Source: Macrostomum hystrix
Lineage: Eukaryota > Animalia > Platyhelminthes
DNA: 64,000 bases
Assembly (NCBI GenBank): GCA_950097015.1
Contig: CATNEN010000010.1
Location: 2,108,001-2,172,000, forward strand
Direction of reading: 5' to 3'
The notes under the pieces: model-generated
Databases searched by the model: none
Told to the model about the DNA's origin: nothing
What the model saw: only the letters and a program-made list of their open reading frames with translations
Made by a program: the position numbers and the translations under genes
Shown: positions 1-11,777 of the stretch, piece after piece
How positions within the stretch are numbered: position 1 is the first letter of the stretch
How the letters are laid out: each line of letters begins with the position of its first letter

Positions 1-47
1 CTTATTCCGTTCCCCGATCCTGTAGTTTAGCTGTGGAGATATTGAAC

Positions 48-2431
48 CTGCGCGGTGCCAGCCGAAGCTCATCGACTTCGTGGCGGGCCGGGCAGCCAGG
101 TAGACAGCCAGTAGGCTGATCATGAAGCTGGCGAAGTCCGTGAGCAGGTGCGCCGCGTCGGTCATGATGGCCAAACTGCGGGCCATGGCTCCGCCTGCGG
201 GTGAAGGTGACGATTGAGCAGCATTTGCTATTCACCGCGACACCTGCTCACCCAAACACCTGTTCTCCAAGATGAACAAGTCAACTGCTCTTGAAGGACT
301 ATTCCTACAAACAAATTTTCTCTAAAGCACCAACGGTTCGCAATAAAACGCACAGATCACCAAAACACCTGTTCACTAAAACACCTGTTCACTAAAACAC
401 CTGTTCACTAAAACAACTATTCACTAAAACACCTGTTCACTAAAACACCTGTTCACTAAAACACCTGTTCACTAAAACACCTGTTCACTAAAACACCTGT
501 TCACTAAAACACCTGTCCACTAAAAGACTGGTTGTCGCAAGGTCTATTCGTGATCTCGATACACAATGATTCCTTGCCAATCTAAGGCTAAAACTAAGAT
601 CAGATCGCAGCTACAAATGAGAAAGCAAATGCTAAACTGAGCTTCGCATGAAAAGTACAGAGAAGAGAATGCTACGCATGCCTGACTCCGCCTATTCTAG
701 GCAAGCTGTGCCGACTTCGGTAGCGCAGACAGACGGGCAATTAGGGCCCCAGCCAGTTGGGGTAAGACGCCAGTCACTGTCACCAAAGAGAATCAAATTA
801 CACTTCCCACTGACCCTGCCTCTCGACTCTATCTGATCCCGACATCGTGAAGATCGCGTTAAAAATGCTTCAAATGAGTTCTCATCCACCTAAATGACTT
901 GAGTGCATTCTCAAAAATGTGTTCTCAGCTGCTTTACCGACAATCTCTCCGGACATGAACAGCAGGCAGAGCCCGCTGGCGATCAGCAGCTTCTTCCTGG
1001 CCTGAGTGTCCACGCTGGCGGTCTGCTCGACGCCTCCGTGACAGTGGTCTGCGGACAGGTGCGGCAATGGAGAGCGACCATTGGGACACAAACTATTAAA
1101 GGCAATTAGACCCAATGAGATGAGAACCACCCAATGCGATGAGAACCACCCAATGAGATGAGAACCACCCAATGGGATGAGAACCACCCAATGAGATGAG
1201 AACCACCCAATGAGATGAGAACCACCCAATTAGATGAGAACCACCCAATGAGATGAGAACCACCCAATGAGATGAGAACCACCCAATGAGATGAGAACCA
1301 CCCAATGAGATGAGAACCACCCAATGAGATGAGAACCACCCAATTAGATGAGAACCACCCAATGAGATGAGAACCGCCCAATTAGATGAGAACCAACCAA
1401 TGGGATGAGAACTGCCCGATTAGTACTAATAGATGAGAACTACCTGATAAGAACTACATGATTAGAAATGCCTGATGAGAACTGCCTGATGAGAACTGCC
1501 TGATGAGAACTGCCTGATGAGAACTGCCTGATGAGAACTGCCTGATGAGAACTGCCTGATGAGAACTGCCTGATGAGAACTGCCTGATGAGAACTGCCTG
1601 ATGAGAACTGCCTGATGAAAACTGCCTGATGAGAACTGCCTGATGAAAACTGCCTGATGAAAACTGCTGAGAAATAACTGATGAGAACTAACTGATGAGA
1701 ACTAACTGATGAGAACTAACTGATGAGAACTAACTGATGAGAACTAACTGATGAGAACTAACTGATGAGAACTAACTGATGAGAACTGCCTCACAACAAA
1801 ATCAGCTGAATCAGAGCTTCCTCAAACCAAGTAGGCCCCCCAAACAACTCTTGCGTGATCCATTTGACTTTCCGGCATCGAGGCTCTGACCCAGATGGAG
1901 CCCAGAATTTCTAAAGTGCTCAAAATTTGATTGACGGCACGTTGCAGCTGCAGATCCCATCCATCCCATCCATCCCATCCATCCCCATGAAACATTTAAG
2001 TGCTCAGCTCTCGCAAGGTGTTTGACAAACTGAAAGAAGGCTTTGACAAGGCCTCACTGTCGTGATCCATCTGCAGCGTGTCGTAGCTCTTCCGTCTGAA
2101 ATGTTTTATAAAACAGCGAATTTGCATTTCGACTATCGCCGGCTGGCCCTAGAAGCAGAAGAACTTAAGGCGAAGAAATTCTTTCTTTGAAAAAAACTCA
2201 AAAAGAGTCAATTGGTCCGGGCGACCAGGTCCCTCGAGACAGTCACAGAGCTGAAGCTTAATCAGATGGAGTCTCCACCTCCTTCATGCCTCATCTAGCG
2301 GCCAAACGCTACGAGATGTTGGGGATCTGGGATCATTTCCTCCCCCCCATCGACCTGCTCACGGATGAGATGACCATGGTGGACCACTGGATGAAAGTTA
2401 AGTTTATTATCGTTATTTTTGCTTATCTATT

Positions 2432-2483
<52 letters not shown>

Positions 2484-2484
2484 C

Positions 2485-2526
<42 letters not shown>

Positions 2527-3160
2527 CCTAAAAAACTCGATAAGGATAAGCCTAAGAAGACTAAAATATGCAAATGAACTTCTGTGGCGGCCTCACTAAG
2601 AAGGCAGGCAGGAGGGCTGCTCATGGATCAGCTAAATCGATGTGTCAGTTTGCACATCCCATCATCGCATTGAAGCTTAGAACTTCAAGCTAGTCAGAGC
2701 TGCTATAGTATTATAATAAGAGCTGCTCAACTCAAGGCCAAACACCACCTTCACTAAAATATTAGAAAGCAACTGTGAAGCGCTGCCTGACTAAATGAAA
2801 GTCCTGTCCCTGCTGCTCTCGGTAAACACCGAGGGAACTTCCCTACTAGGCGGGCTTGCTTGACCCGAGTTCTGGGGTCCAGGCTTGTCCCCAGAATCCC
2901 AGTTAGTTCATGTCCGTGTATTCATTAATTTTCCCCCCGTGTGTCACTCATCCCCTGCTAGTTATCCTGAGTTGTGACAGATATTAATAGCTTGCCTTCC
3001 TGGAGCAGACAGAAGAAGAAAATGAGAATTTCCGAAGATTGGGATCGCTTCCCGAGTCTCACCCCGAAGCCGCTGGGTCCTCCGCGCCACCCGAAGCGAT
3101 CAGGTTGGTTTTGTCGCCGCGGCCTCCGCCGCTGACTCGCTCAACAAGCCGGCTGAACAT
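48..3160 (-). CDS. SLC30A2: Zinc transporter, CDF/SLC30A (ZnT2/3/8-like), 5' part; gene continues beyond the left edge
   Basis: Spliced exons 3160-3063, 2095-2058, 1048-938, 194-48, all GT-AG with matching phases. They give MFSRLVERV...DHDNHCHGG...ARKKLLIASGLCLLFMSGEIVGGAMARSLAIMTDAAHLLTDFASFMISLLAVYLAARPATKSMSFGWHRA: N-terminal HCH motif, TM1, the TM2 HLLTD zinc-site motif and FGWHRAE typical of ZnT2-type CDF transporters. The first two exons are less certain than the last two, and the exact paralog assignment is approximate. Confidence 0.85.
362..525. repeat. 17-bp tandem repeat (AAAACACCTGTTCACTA)n, about 9-10 copies, in a ZnT intron
   Basis: Directly visible periodicity. Confidence 0.9.
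530..800 (+). mobile_element. Possible degenerate RTE-like LINE remnant
   Basis: Broken frames read ..FLANLRLKLRS.. and ..LRMPDSAYSRQAV.., resembling the endonuclease end and C-terminal motifs of RTE-type ORF2; stops present. Confidence 0.3.
1111..1412. repeat. 19-bp minisatellite (GATGAGAACCACCCAATGA)n
   Basis: Visible periodicity; the ORF track shows a 19-aa repeat (3x19 nt). Confidence 0.9.
1471..1790. repeat. Two abutting 14-bp minisatellites: (GATGAGAACTGCCT)n at 1471-1667, then (GATGAGAACTAACT)n at 1676-1790
   Basis: Visible periodicity. Confidence 0.9.
2423..2527. repeat. (TATC)n microsatellite
   Basis: Direct reading. Confidence 0.95.
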
Positions 3161-3229
3161 TGCTCTCTCTGACCGAGGCTGTCAAAGTCCGCCGGTTCCT
3201 AAGTTGGTAGGACTTGGCCAGTCGCTTGC

Positions 3230-3230
<1 letters not shown>

Positions 3231-3272
<42 letters not shown>
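3231..3272. repeat. (GCT)14 trinucleotide repeat just upstream of the ZnT start codon
   Basis: Direct reading. Confidence 0.95.
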
Positions 3273-3273
<1 letters not shown>

Positions 3274-3596
3274 GGAAAGCTCACGCGAGGTGTGCTCATG
3301 AGCCAGGCAGTTACAATTAGGCAATAGCAAACTGCGTGTGCACATGAGGGGCCGATTGTAGCGGACCAATCAAACCAGTGCCTGCCCGGACCAGCAGCAG
3401 GGAAATACTGATGGGGATGAGAAGCTGGCACTCCTACAGAGCTGGGAAGCCTGAGTGGCTGTGGGGAGTTATGGAGGCTGTGAACATTGCGCTCTGTGGC
3501 GTGAGATGATAGCAGTCAGGCTTGACAAAATATGGAAATATTTCTTTTGAGAATGGCCTAAATTGAAGGTTTGGGGATGAAACACATGTCACACTG

Positions 3597-4742
3597 GACT
3601 GAGAAGTAGAGAGCGGAATGAGAAGTAGAGAGCGGGATGAGAAGTAGAGAGCGGGATGAGAATTTGAGAGTGGAATGAGAAGTAGAGAGCGGAATGAGAA
3701 TTTGAGAGCGGGATGAGAAGTAGAGAGCGGGATGAGAAGTAGAGAGCGGGATGAGAATTTGAGAGTGGAATGAGAAGTAGAGAGCGGGATGAGAATTTAA
3801 GAGTGGAATGAGAAGTAGAGAGCGGGATGAGAATTTAAGAGTGGAATGAGAAGTAGAGAGCGGGATGAGAAGTAGAGAGTGGAATGAGAAGTAGGAGCGG
3901 GATGAGAATTTGAGAGTGGAATGAGAAGTAGGAGCGGGATGAGAATTTGAGAGTGGAATGAGAAGTAGAGAGCGGAATGAGAAGTAGAGAGCGGAATGAG
4001 AAGTAGAGAGCGGAATGAGAAGTAAGAGCGGGATGAGAATTTGAGAGCGGAATGAGAAGTAGAGAGCGGGATGAGAAGTAGAGAGTGGAATGAGAAGTAG
4101 AGAGCGGAATGAGAAGTAAGAGCGGGATGAGAATTTGAGAGCGGAATGAGAAGTAGAGAGCGGGATGAGAAGTAGAGAGCGGAATGAGAAGTAGAGAGTG
4201 GAATGAGAAGTAGAGAGCGGAATGAGAAGTAAGAGCGGGATGAGAAGTAAGAGCGGGATGAGAAGTAAGAGCGGGATGAGAATTTGAGAGTGGAATGAGA
4301 AGTAGAGAGCGGAAAGAGAAGTAAGAGCGGGATGAGAATTTGAGAGCGGAATGAGAAGTAGAGAGCGGGATGAGAAGTAGAGAGTGGAATGAGAAGTAGA
4401 GAGCGGAATGAGAAGTAGAGAGTGGAATGAGAAGTAGAGAGTGGAATGAGAAGTAGAGAGTGGAATGAGAAGTAGAGAGCGGGATGAGAATTTGAGAGTG
4501 GAATGAGAAGTAGAGAGCGGAATGAGAAGTAGAGAGTGGAATGAGAAGTAGAGAGCGGGATGAGAAGTAGAGAGCGGGATTAGAAGTAGAGAGCGGCGGG
4601 ATGAGAAGTAGAGAGCGGAATGAGAATTTGAGAGCGGAATAACAAGTAGAGAGCGGAATGAGAAGTAAAGAGCGGGATGAGAAGTAGAGAGCGGAATGAG
4701 AAGTATAGAGCGGAATGAGAAGGTGACAATGGAATGAGAATG
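3597..4742. repeat. Purine-rich 18-19-bp minisatellite (GATGAGAAGTAGAGAGCGG and variants)
   Basis: Visible periodicity; ORF 3558-4763 is its by-product. Confidence 0.9.
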
Positions 4743-5193
4743 AACTATTTTTTCAATAAGCACGTGGATTTAATGATTGCCGTCCATCTAATATATAAAT
4801 ATATATGTGGGTACATAAGGGGCTAATTGACTTATAACTCAGTCGCTGACAGTAAATCAAATAAAAGTGCACGGCTGCTAGCACACCTGGGTGGCCATGG
4901 CCAGGCTGGGCCAGTGAAAAATATCTCCTGCCGGATGTCTGCTGCCTACCTTACCGATTTTTGTGGCATGTGCACGCGAGTGGAACTATTTAATTTAGCA
5001 ATTTGTTCCTCTAAATTGGCACTTGAATCGTTGAGGCTAAGCGATGCCGGGACTTTTCACTTGGCCTGCATAATTCAGTACTGGCCGACAGGTCACGAAC
5101 TCCAACCTCTATTCCAAATTCTGAAATTTATGGATTATCGATTTCATGGCCCGCTGAAGTTGGGCTGAACCTAAGGCGAACTGAGGGACTGGA

Positions 5194-5685
5194 GCAACCC
5201 ACAGAAAGATACGTGAGGCCGTTGCAACCCACAGAAAGACAGGAGAGGCCGTTGCAACCCACAGAAAGACAGGAGAGGCCGTTGCAACCCACAGAAAAAT
5301 ACGTGATGCCCTTGCAACCCACAGAAAGACAGGAGAGGCCGTTGCAACCCACAGAAAGATACGTGAGGCCGTTGCAACCCACAGAAAGACAGGAGAGGCC
5401 GTTGCAACCCACAGAAAGACAGGAGAGGCCGTTGCAACCCACAGAAAGACAGGAGAGGCCGTTGTAACCCACAGAAAGACAGGAGAGGCCGTTGCAACCC
5501 ACAGAAAGACAGGAGAGGCCGTTGCAACCCACAGAAAGACAGGAGAGGCCGTTGCAACCCACAGAAAGACAGGAGAGGCCGTTGCAACCCACAGAAAGAC
5601 AGGAGAGGCCGTTGTAACCCACAGAAAGACAGGAGAGGCCGTTGTAACCCACAGAAAGACAGAAGAGGCCGTTGCAACCCACAAA
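5194..5685. repeat. 30-bp minisatellite (GTTGCAACCCACAGAAAGACAGGAGAGGCC)n, about 16 copies
   Basis: Visible periodicity; 10-aa repeats in several ORF frames. Confidence 0.92.
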
Positions 5686-6227
5686 AGAGCATGGGATAAA
5701 GTTCCCAGTTTTTGGGAACTGTCCCGTCATCAACTACGGATCAGATGATTACCCTGATTTAATTCCCAAGTTGATGCAATGAGCTCATTCTAGTGAGTCC
5801 TCAGTGATGCCATTGTTTCTTCGGTCGTGAATCAACATCAATGGGATTTAGAATCAATAATCTGGTGATACCTCTCCCTGGTAGGGTAACCACATCCCGG
5901 TCCATCCCCATTACCTCTCTTTGTCTCCCATACCGAGGCAGAATGAGAAAGAGTAACTGAGAGGGCGCCATTGAAGGGTCAATAGGCAGTCGATTCCATC
6001 GCCTCCAATGCTCTGGGAGTGCACAGAAGTTGAGCTTTTATGGTCCCAGCAGCCAAATCTCGTGGATTGCTGGACAAGCTGGATCAATAATTGAATGGTC
6101 TGATGCCAGCTATATATCCCATAGCCATGTTATGCTCTGTACACAGCTACCCCGCTTTGCACAAAGTTAGCCTTTGTTTTTAAAAACTGATTCCATTCTC
6201 TCTAATGATAGGTGATTTGATGGTCAG

Positions 6228-8680
6228 GCTCATTCTCATTCAATACTCCTCAGCTCATTCTCATTCAATACTCCTCAGGTCACTGTCATTCAATACTCAG
6301 GTCACTGTCATTCAATACTCCTCAGGTCAGTCTCATTCAATACTCAGGTCACTCTCATTCAATACTCCTCAGGTCACTTCATTCAATACTCAGGTCACTG
6401 TCATTCAATACTCAGGTCACTGTCATTCAATACTCCTCAGGTCACTCTCATTCAATACTCAGGTCACTGTCATTCAATACTCAGGTCACTGTCATTCAAT
6501 ACTCAGGTCACTGTCATTCAATACTCAGGTCACTGTCATTCAATACTCAGGTCACTGTCATTCAATACTCCTCAGGTCACTCTCATTCAATACTCCTCAG
6601 GTCACTGTCATTCAATACTCAGGTCACTGTCATTCAATACTCCTAAGGTCACTGTCATTCAATACTCAGGTCACTGTCATTCAATACTCAGGTCACTGTC
6701 ATTCAATACTCCTCAGGTCACTCTCATTCAATACTCCTCAGGTCACTGTCATTCAATACTCAGGTCACTGTCATTCAATACTCCTCAGGTCACTCTCATT
6801 CAATACTCCTCAGGTCACTGTCATTCAATACTCAGGTCACTGTCATTCAATACTCCTCAGGTCAGTCTCATTCAATACTCCTCAGGTCAGTCTCATTCAA
6901 TACTCAGGTCACTCTCATTCAATACTCCTCAGGTCACTGTCATTCAATACTCAGGTCACTGTCATTCAATACTCAGGTCACTGTCATTCAATACTCAGGT
7001 CACTGTCATTCAATACTCCTCAGGTCACTCTCATTCAATACTCAGGTCACTGTCATTCAATACTCAGGTCACTGTCATTCAATACTCAGTTCACTGTCAT
7101 TCAATACTCAGGTCACTGTCATTCAATACTCAGGTCACTGTCATTCAATACTCCTCAGGTCACTCTCATTCAATACTCCTCAGGTCACTGTCATTCAATA
7201 CTCCTCAGGTCACTCTCATTCAATACTCAGGTCACTGTCATTCAATACTCAGGTCACTGTCATTCAATACTCCTCAGGTCACTCTCATTCAATACTCCTC
7301 AGGTCAGTCTCATTCAATACTCCTCAGGTCACTCTCATTCAATACTCCTCAGGTCACTGTCATTCAATACTCAGGTCACTGTCATTCAATACTCCTAAGG
7401 TCACTGTCATTCAATACTCAGGTCACTGTCATTCAATACTCAGGTCACTGTCATTCAATACTCAGGTCACTGTCATTCAATACTCAGGTCACTGTCATTC
7501 AATACTCAGGTCACTGTCACTCAATACTCAGGTCACTCTCATTCAATACTCAGGTCACTGTCATTCAATACTCAGGTCACTGTCATTCAATACTCAGTTC
7601 ACTGTCATTCAATACTCAGGTCACTGTCATTCAATACTCAGGTCACTGTCATTCAATACTCCTCAGGTCACTCTCATTCAATACTCCTCAGGTCACTGTC
7701 ATTCAATACTCCTCAGGTCACTCTCATTCAATACTCAGGTCACTGTCATTCAATACTCAGGTCACTCTCATTCAATACTCCTCAGGTCACTCTCATTCAA
7801 TACTCCTCAGGTCAGTCTCATTCAATACTCCTCAGGTCACTCTCATTCAATACTCCTCAGGTCACTGTCATTCAATACTCAGGTCACTGTCATTCAATAC
7901 TCCTAAGGTCACTGTCATTCAATACTCAGGTCACTGTCATTCAATACTCAGGTCACTGTCATTCAATACTCAGGTCACTGTCATTCAATACTCAGGTCAC
8001 TGTCATTCAATACTCAGGTCACTGTCACTCAATACTCAGGTCACTCTCATTCAATACTCAGGTCACTCTCATTCAATACTCAGGTCACTATACAATACTC
8101 AGGTCACTCTCATTCAATACTCAGGTCACTCTCATTCAATACTCAGGTCACTCTCATTCAATACTCAGGTCACTCTCATTCAATGCTCAGGTCACTCTCA
8201 TTCAATACTCAGGTCACTCTCATTCAATACTCAGGTCACTCTCATTCAATACTCAGGTCACTCTCATTCAATACTCAGGTCACTCTCATTCAATACTCAG
8301 GTCACTCTCATTCAATACTCAGGTCACTCTCATTCAATACTCAGGTCACTCTCATTCAATACTCAGGTCACTCTCATTCAATACTCAGGTCACTCTCATT
8401 CAATACTCAGGTCACTCTCATTCAATACTCAGGTCACTCTCATTCAATACTCAGGTCACTCTCATTCAATACTCAGGTCACTCTCATTCAATACTCAGGT
8501 CACTCTCATTCAATACTCAGGTCACTCTCATTCAATACTCAGGTCACTCTCATTCAATACTCAGGTCACTCTCATTCAATACTCAGGTCACTCTCATTCA
8601 ATACTCAGGTCACTCTCATTCAATACTCAGGTCACTCTCATTCAATACTCAGGTCACTCTCATTCAATGCTCAGGTCACT
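6228..8680. repeat. 22/25-bp minisatellite (CAATACTC[CTC]AGGTCACT[G/C]TCATT)n, about 2.45 kb
   Basis: Visible periodicity; heterogeneous left part and homogeneous right part. Confidence 0.95.
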
Positions 8681-9263
8681 TTTCAATCTCTTCAATAAAA
8701 GTTCGTCTTAGCATAAATGCAGGTGAATCTCGTCTACTTCCGGTAGTATAGTTAGTAAACATTTTAATTAGTCCCAAGTCTATGGGCTGTTTGATGATTG
8801 TACCCGTGGACGGATCCGTGTGTGTGCTCAGGAGTCAGTGGAATGGGCAGAATCGCCATGTCCACTGTACGTAGTCGCTGCGACCGTTGCAAATGTGAAA
8901 ATTAATTTTTAGTCACAATATCTGTAGTGATGACGGGCACACATACTATAAAATGAAGCTTTAGGCTATCAGGCTTTTGTTTCATTTCTGAGAAAAAAAA
9001 TTGTTCTCATAAAGATTGTTCATATGCATAAACGAAGTTGCTGGTTTTGGCATTTCTGACACGTCTTAAATGAACAAATTATTTAAGCGTATCATGGCTA
9101 CTAGAACTCGCACAGCCATCAGCTAAAGTGCCATTATCCTAAGTACTCGTAAGTGCACATACATTAGACTCAATCTAAGAGAGCATCTCTGATTGAAAAT
9201 AGTTGTCACCTCGGCAAGTCAGAAGGCCCACCACCCAGATGCTTGGTCGCCGGGGATTAGCGC

Positions 9264-9264
<1 letters not shown>

Positions 9265-9297
<33 letters not shown>
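9265..9297. repeat. (AGC)11 trinucleotide repeat upstream of the DEG/ENaC gene
   Basis: Direct reading. Confidence 0.9.
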
Positions 9298-9452
9298 TAA
9301 TTAGTTGAAAGCTGTCGAAGTTTCAAGACGCTGCTCCCGCGGTCCTCATAAAAGTGGGATATAATCCCATAAGCCAAGGACAGGTCTCATTCCTCGGTTA
9401 TCCGAGAACTCCCTAATTTGACAACCAAAGATCCCAAATCGCCGCCACAGGC

Positions 9453-11777
9453 ATGTCCAACATCGGGCACATCAGCCGGAGCTTCTCCCAGACGACCACC
9501 ATCCACGGCATGCGGCGCCTGAATGACGGCCCGCTGATCTACCGCCTCGTCTGGATGCTGTTCGTCCTTGGCACCTTCACCGGCTTCTTCATCCACCTCG
9601 GCCAGCTGCTCAGCCGCTATGCTGAGTATCCTGTCAACACTGAGAACTTCGAGGGCGTCGACGACTTCCAGTTCCCCTCGGTAACCATCTGTCCTAACGA
9701 CTACATGCACTACGACTACCGCTACAACCCCATCCCCAGCAGCCTGGATGACGCCCGCTCCCTGTACGACATGGTCTACGACCTGGCCAGGGTCTGGCAC
9801 CGCATCAAGAACAACAACACCTACATCCCCGTCTACCCCTACAGCGAGTATGACGATGGCAAGAACTCGCTGAAGCAGGTGGCCTACAGGTCCCGGCAGT
9901 TTCAGACCCTGCAGGACACAGTGGTCTACTGCCGGTACAACTCTCGCGACTGCTCATACGATGAGTTCCAGGTCTACAAGGACCCACAGAACTTTCTCTG
10001 CTTCACTTTCACTCCAAAGAACCGAGAGGGCCTACAGACCGACGAGGGCAACGGCATGTTCCTCATCCTGTACTCAAACTCCAACAGCTTCCTGACTGAG
10101 GAGGAGGAGATCAACCACATCCCGGGATTTTCTGTCACACTGCACGAACCGGGTGCGCTTCCACTCTTTAATACTGGCATAACACTGGGACACTTGATGA
10201 TTAACAACGCTCGAGACACTCGAAAGTTCCGATTTCTAAGATACTTAGCAAGCTAGTTGCTTAAGATTTTAAAGGACGAAAAACTGATATTAGCGCCAAA
10301 TAATGCTCCGAAAGCTGTAAAATTAGCTAATTAGCCAGATTTGTTTCATTTATTAACAGGTAAAGTTCCGGAAGTGAGGCAACCCTGGACAAATTAGATG
10401 AAAGCTGAAAGAGCTTTGGAATACCATAGGAGCTGAGCCATCGATACTTTTCCGCTTTTTAAGCCCATTTCCTAATAGCATTGTGAGGTTGTCACTTACA
10501 CAACGCTCTTCCACCACAGATATCACACTCGGGCCTAACTTCAATCCCTTAAATCACACCATGCCGAATGCTTCCCAGAGGTAACAAAATATCCTACTGC
10601 TTCCCAAAGGTATAAAATTATCCATAATGCTTCCCGCAGGTATCACTCCTAACCTGGCCTCGGCCATCGCGGTGCCGCTGCAGCAACGCGTCAGTGTCGA
10701 GGTCCGGCAGCGCACGGAAATTAAGCTTGATCGCAGCGCCTACCACTGCAGCGCTGATCTCGGCAAAGTCACCTACGTAAGCGACTTCAGCCGCTCCGTC
10801 AGCAATCCGGAGCTCGTCTCGTTCCGAGCCAAGCAGCAGGACTGCCTGCTGCGCCATCGCCAGTTGGAGTTTCTTCACGAATGCGGCTGCCTTGCCGAGC
10901 ACCTGCCGATACCTGTTGACCTCATGTCACTCGGCCGGCCCTGCCACGAGATGTGGGAGCCGATGTTCTTCATGGACATCAGGCCGCCAACTGGCAACGG
11001 CTCGACCGGCATGACGATCAAGAATGGAAGCGTCGTGCTCGACTTCGAAGAGTTCTTTCAGGCCAACTCGGCACGCTGGGAGCCGATGCGGCAGGCGGCC
11101 CTCTGCTTCGATCGAGTCGAGAGTCGCCAGTCCAACCTGCAGGCTGCGAACGGCGAGTGCATTCGCCTGTGCCAGCGCACCGAGTTTCCCGTCTCCATCA
11201 CGGCCACCCGCTGGCCCATGGACGTTGGAGTTGGCTACTCAGCGACCGCCATCAACAGCTCCTTGGATCTTTTCCTCGACAGGGCGATCGCCAAGGCCGA
11301 GGCAGCCACCAACGACACGCTGAGAAGTTTGCGCATCGCCAAGAAGCGGCAGGTACCGGACAAGTTCCAGTACTTCTGCTTGCTGGATTTGCACCTGTCA
11401 AGCAACGGTGCGTTTCACTCGCGTGAGGACTGGGTCTATCCGCTGCGGAACCTGCTGTCTGATCTCGGCGGGATTCTCGGTGAGTTTATGCTCTACTGGA
11501 ACTCGGGCCCTTAGGATCGCAGCCTGCATGAGATGTTACATTTTAGGAACTTGAAATTCATAAGTGATAAGCAATAATATAAGCTTAAAGTCAGGCCGTG
11601 TCATGAGTACCCCGAATCGCCGCAGGTCTGTGGATCGGGGCCAGCATCATTACGGTGGTCGAGCTGATGGAGCTGCTGCTGCGCATCGCAGTTTCCCTGT
11701 CTTGGCGCCTTCGACCGGCTGAGAAGGCCCCGCCAACAGTGGACGAGAAGGTGTCTACTCCAGACACGCCAGTCTAA
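9453..11777 (+). CDS. DEG/ENaC (ASIC/degenerin-family) amiloride-sensitive-type cation channel subunit, about 563 aa
   Basis: Exons 9453-10152, 10640-11479, 11626-11777 (GT-AG, 1692 nt, in frame). Motifs: FSQTTTIHG (pre-TM1 HG), TM1, FPSVTIC, cysteine-rich thumb (CGC), WP, LLSDLGGILGLWIGASIITVVE (TM2 with the GAS filter). Confidence 0.92.

Noticed and set aside
1471-1790. Hammerhead ribozyme (repeated CTGATGA core)
   Set aside because: No stem II/GAAA/stem III arrangement could be built; CTGATGA is simply part of the 14-mer
2100-2400. Coding-like stretch on the plus strand inside ZnT intron 1
   Set aside because: Interrupted by stops with no recognisable motif; possibly a decayed transposon, but I cannot support a call
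361-8680. CRISPR-like arrays
   Set aside because: The units are head-to-tail with no unique spacers, there are no cas genes, and the context is eukaryotic
3558-8698. ORFs of 170-400 aa over the 19-, 30- and 22-bp arrays
   Set aside because: Repeat by-products open in several frames at once
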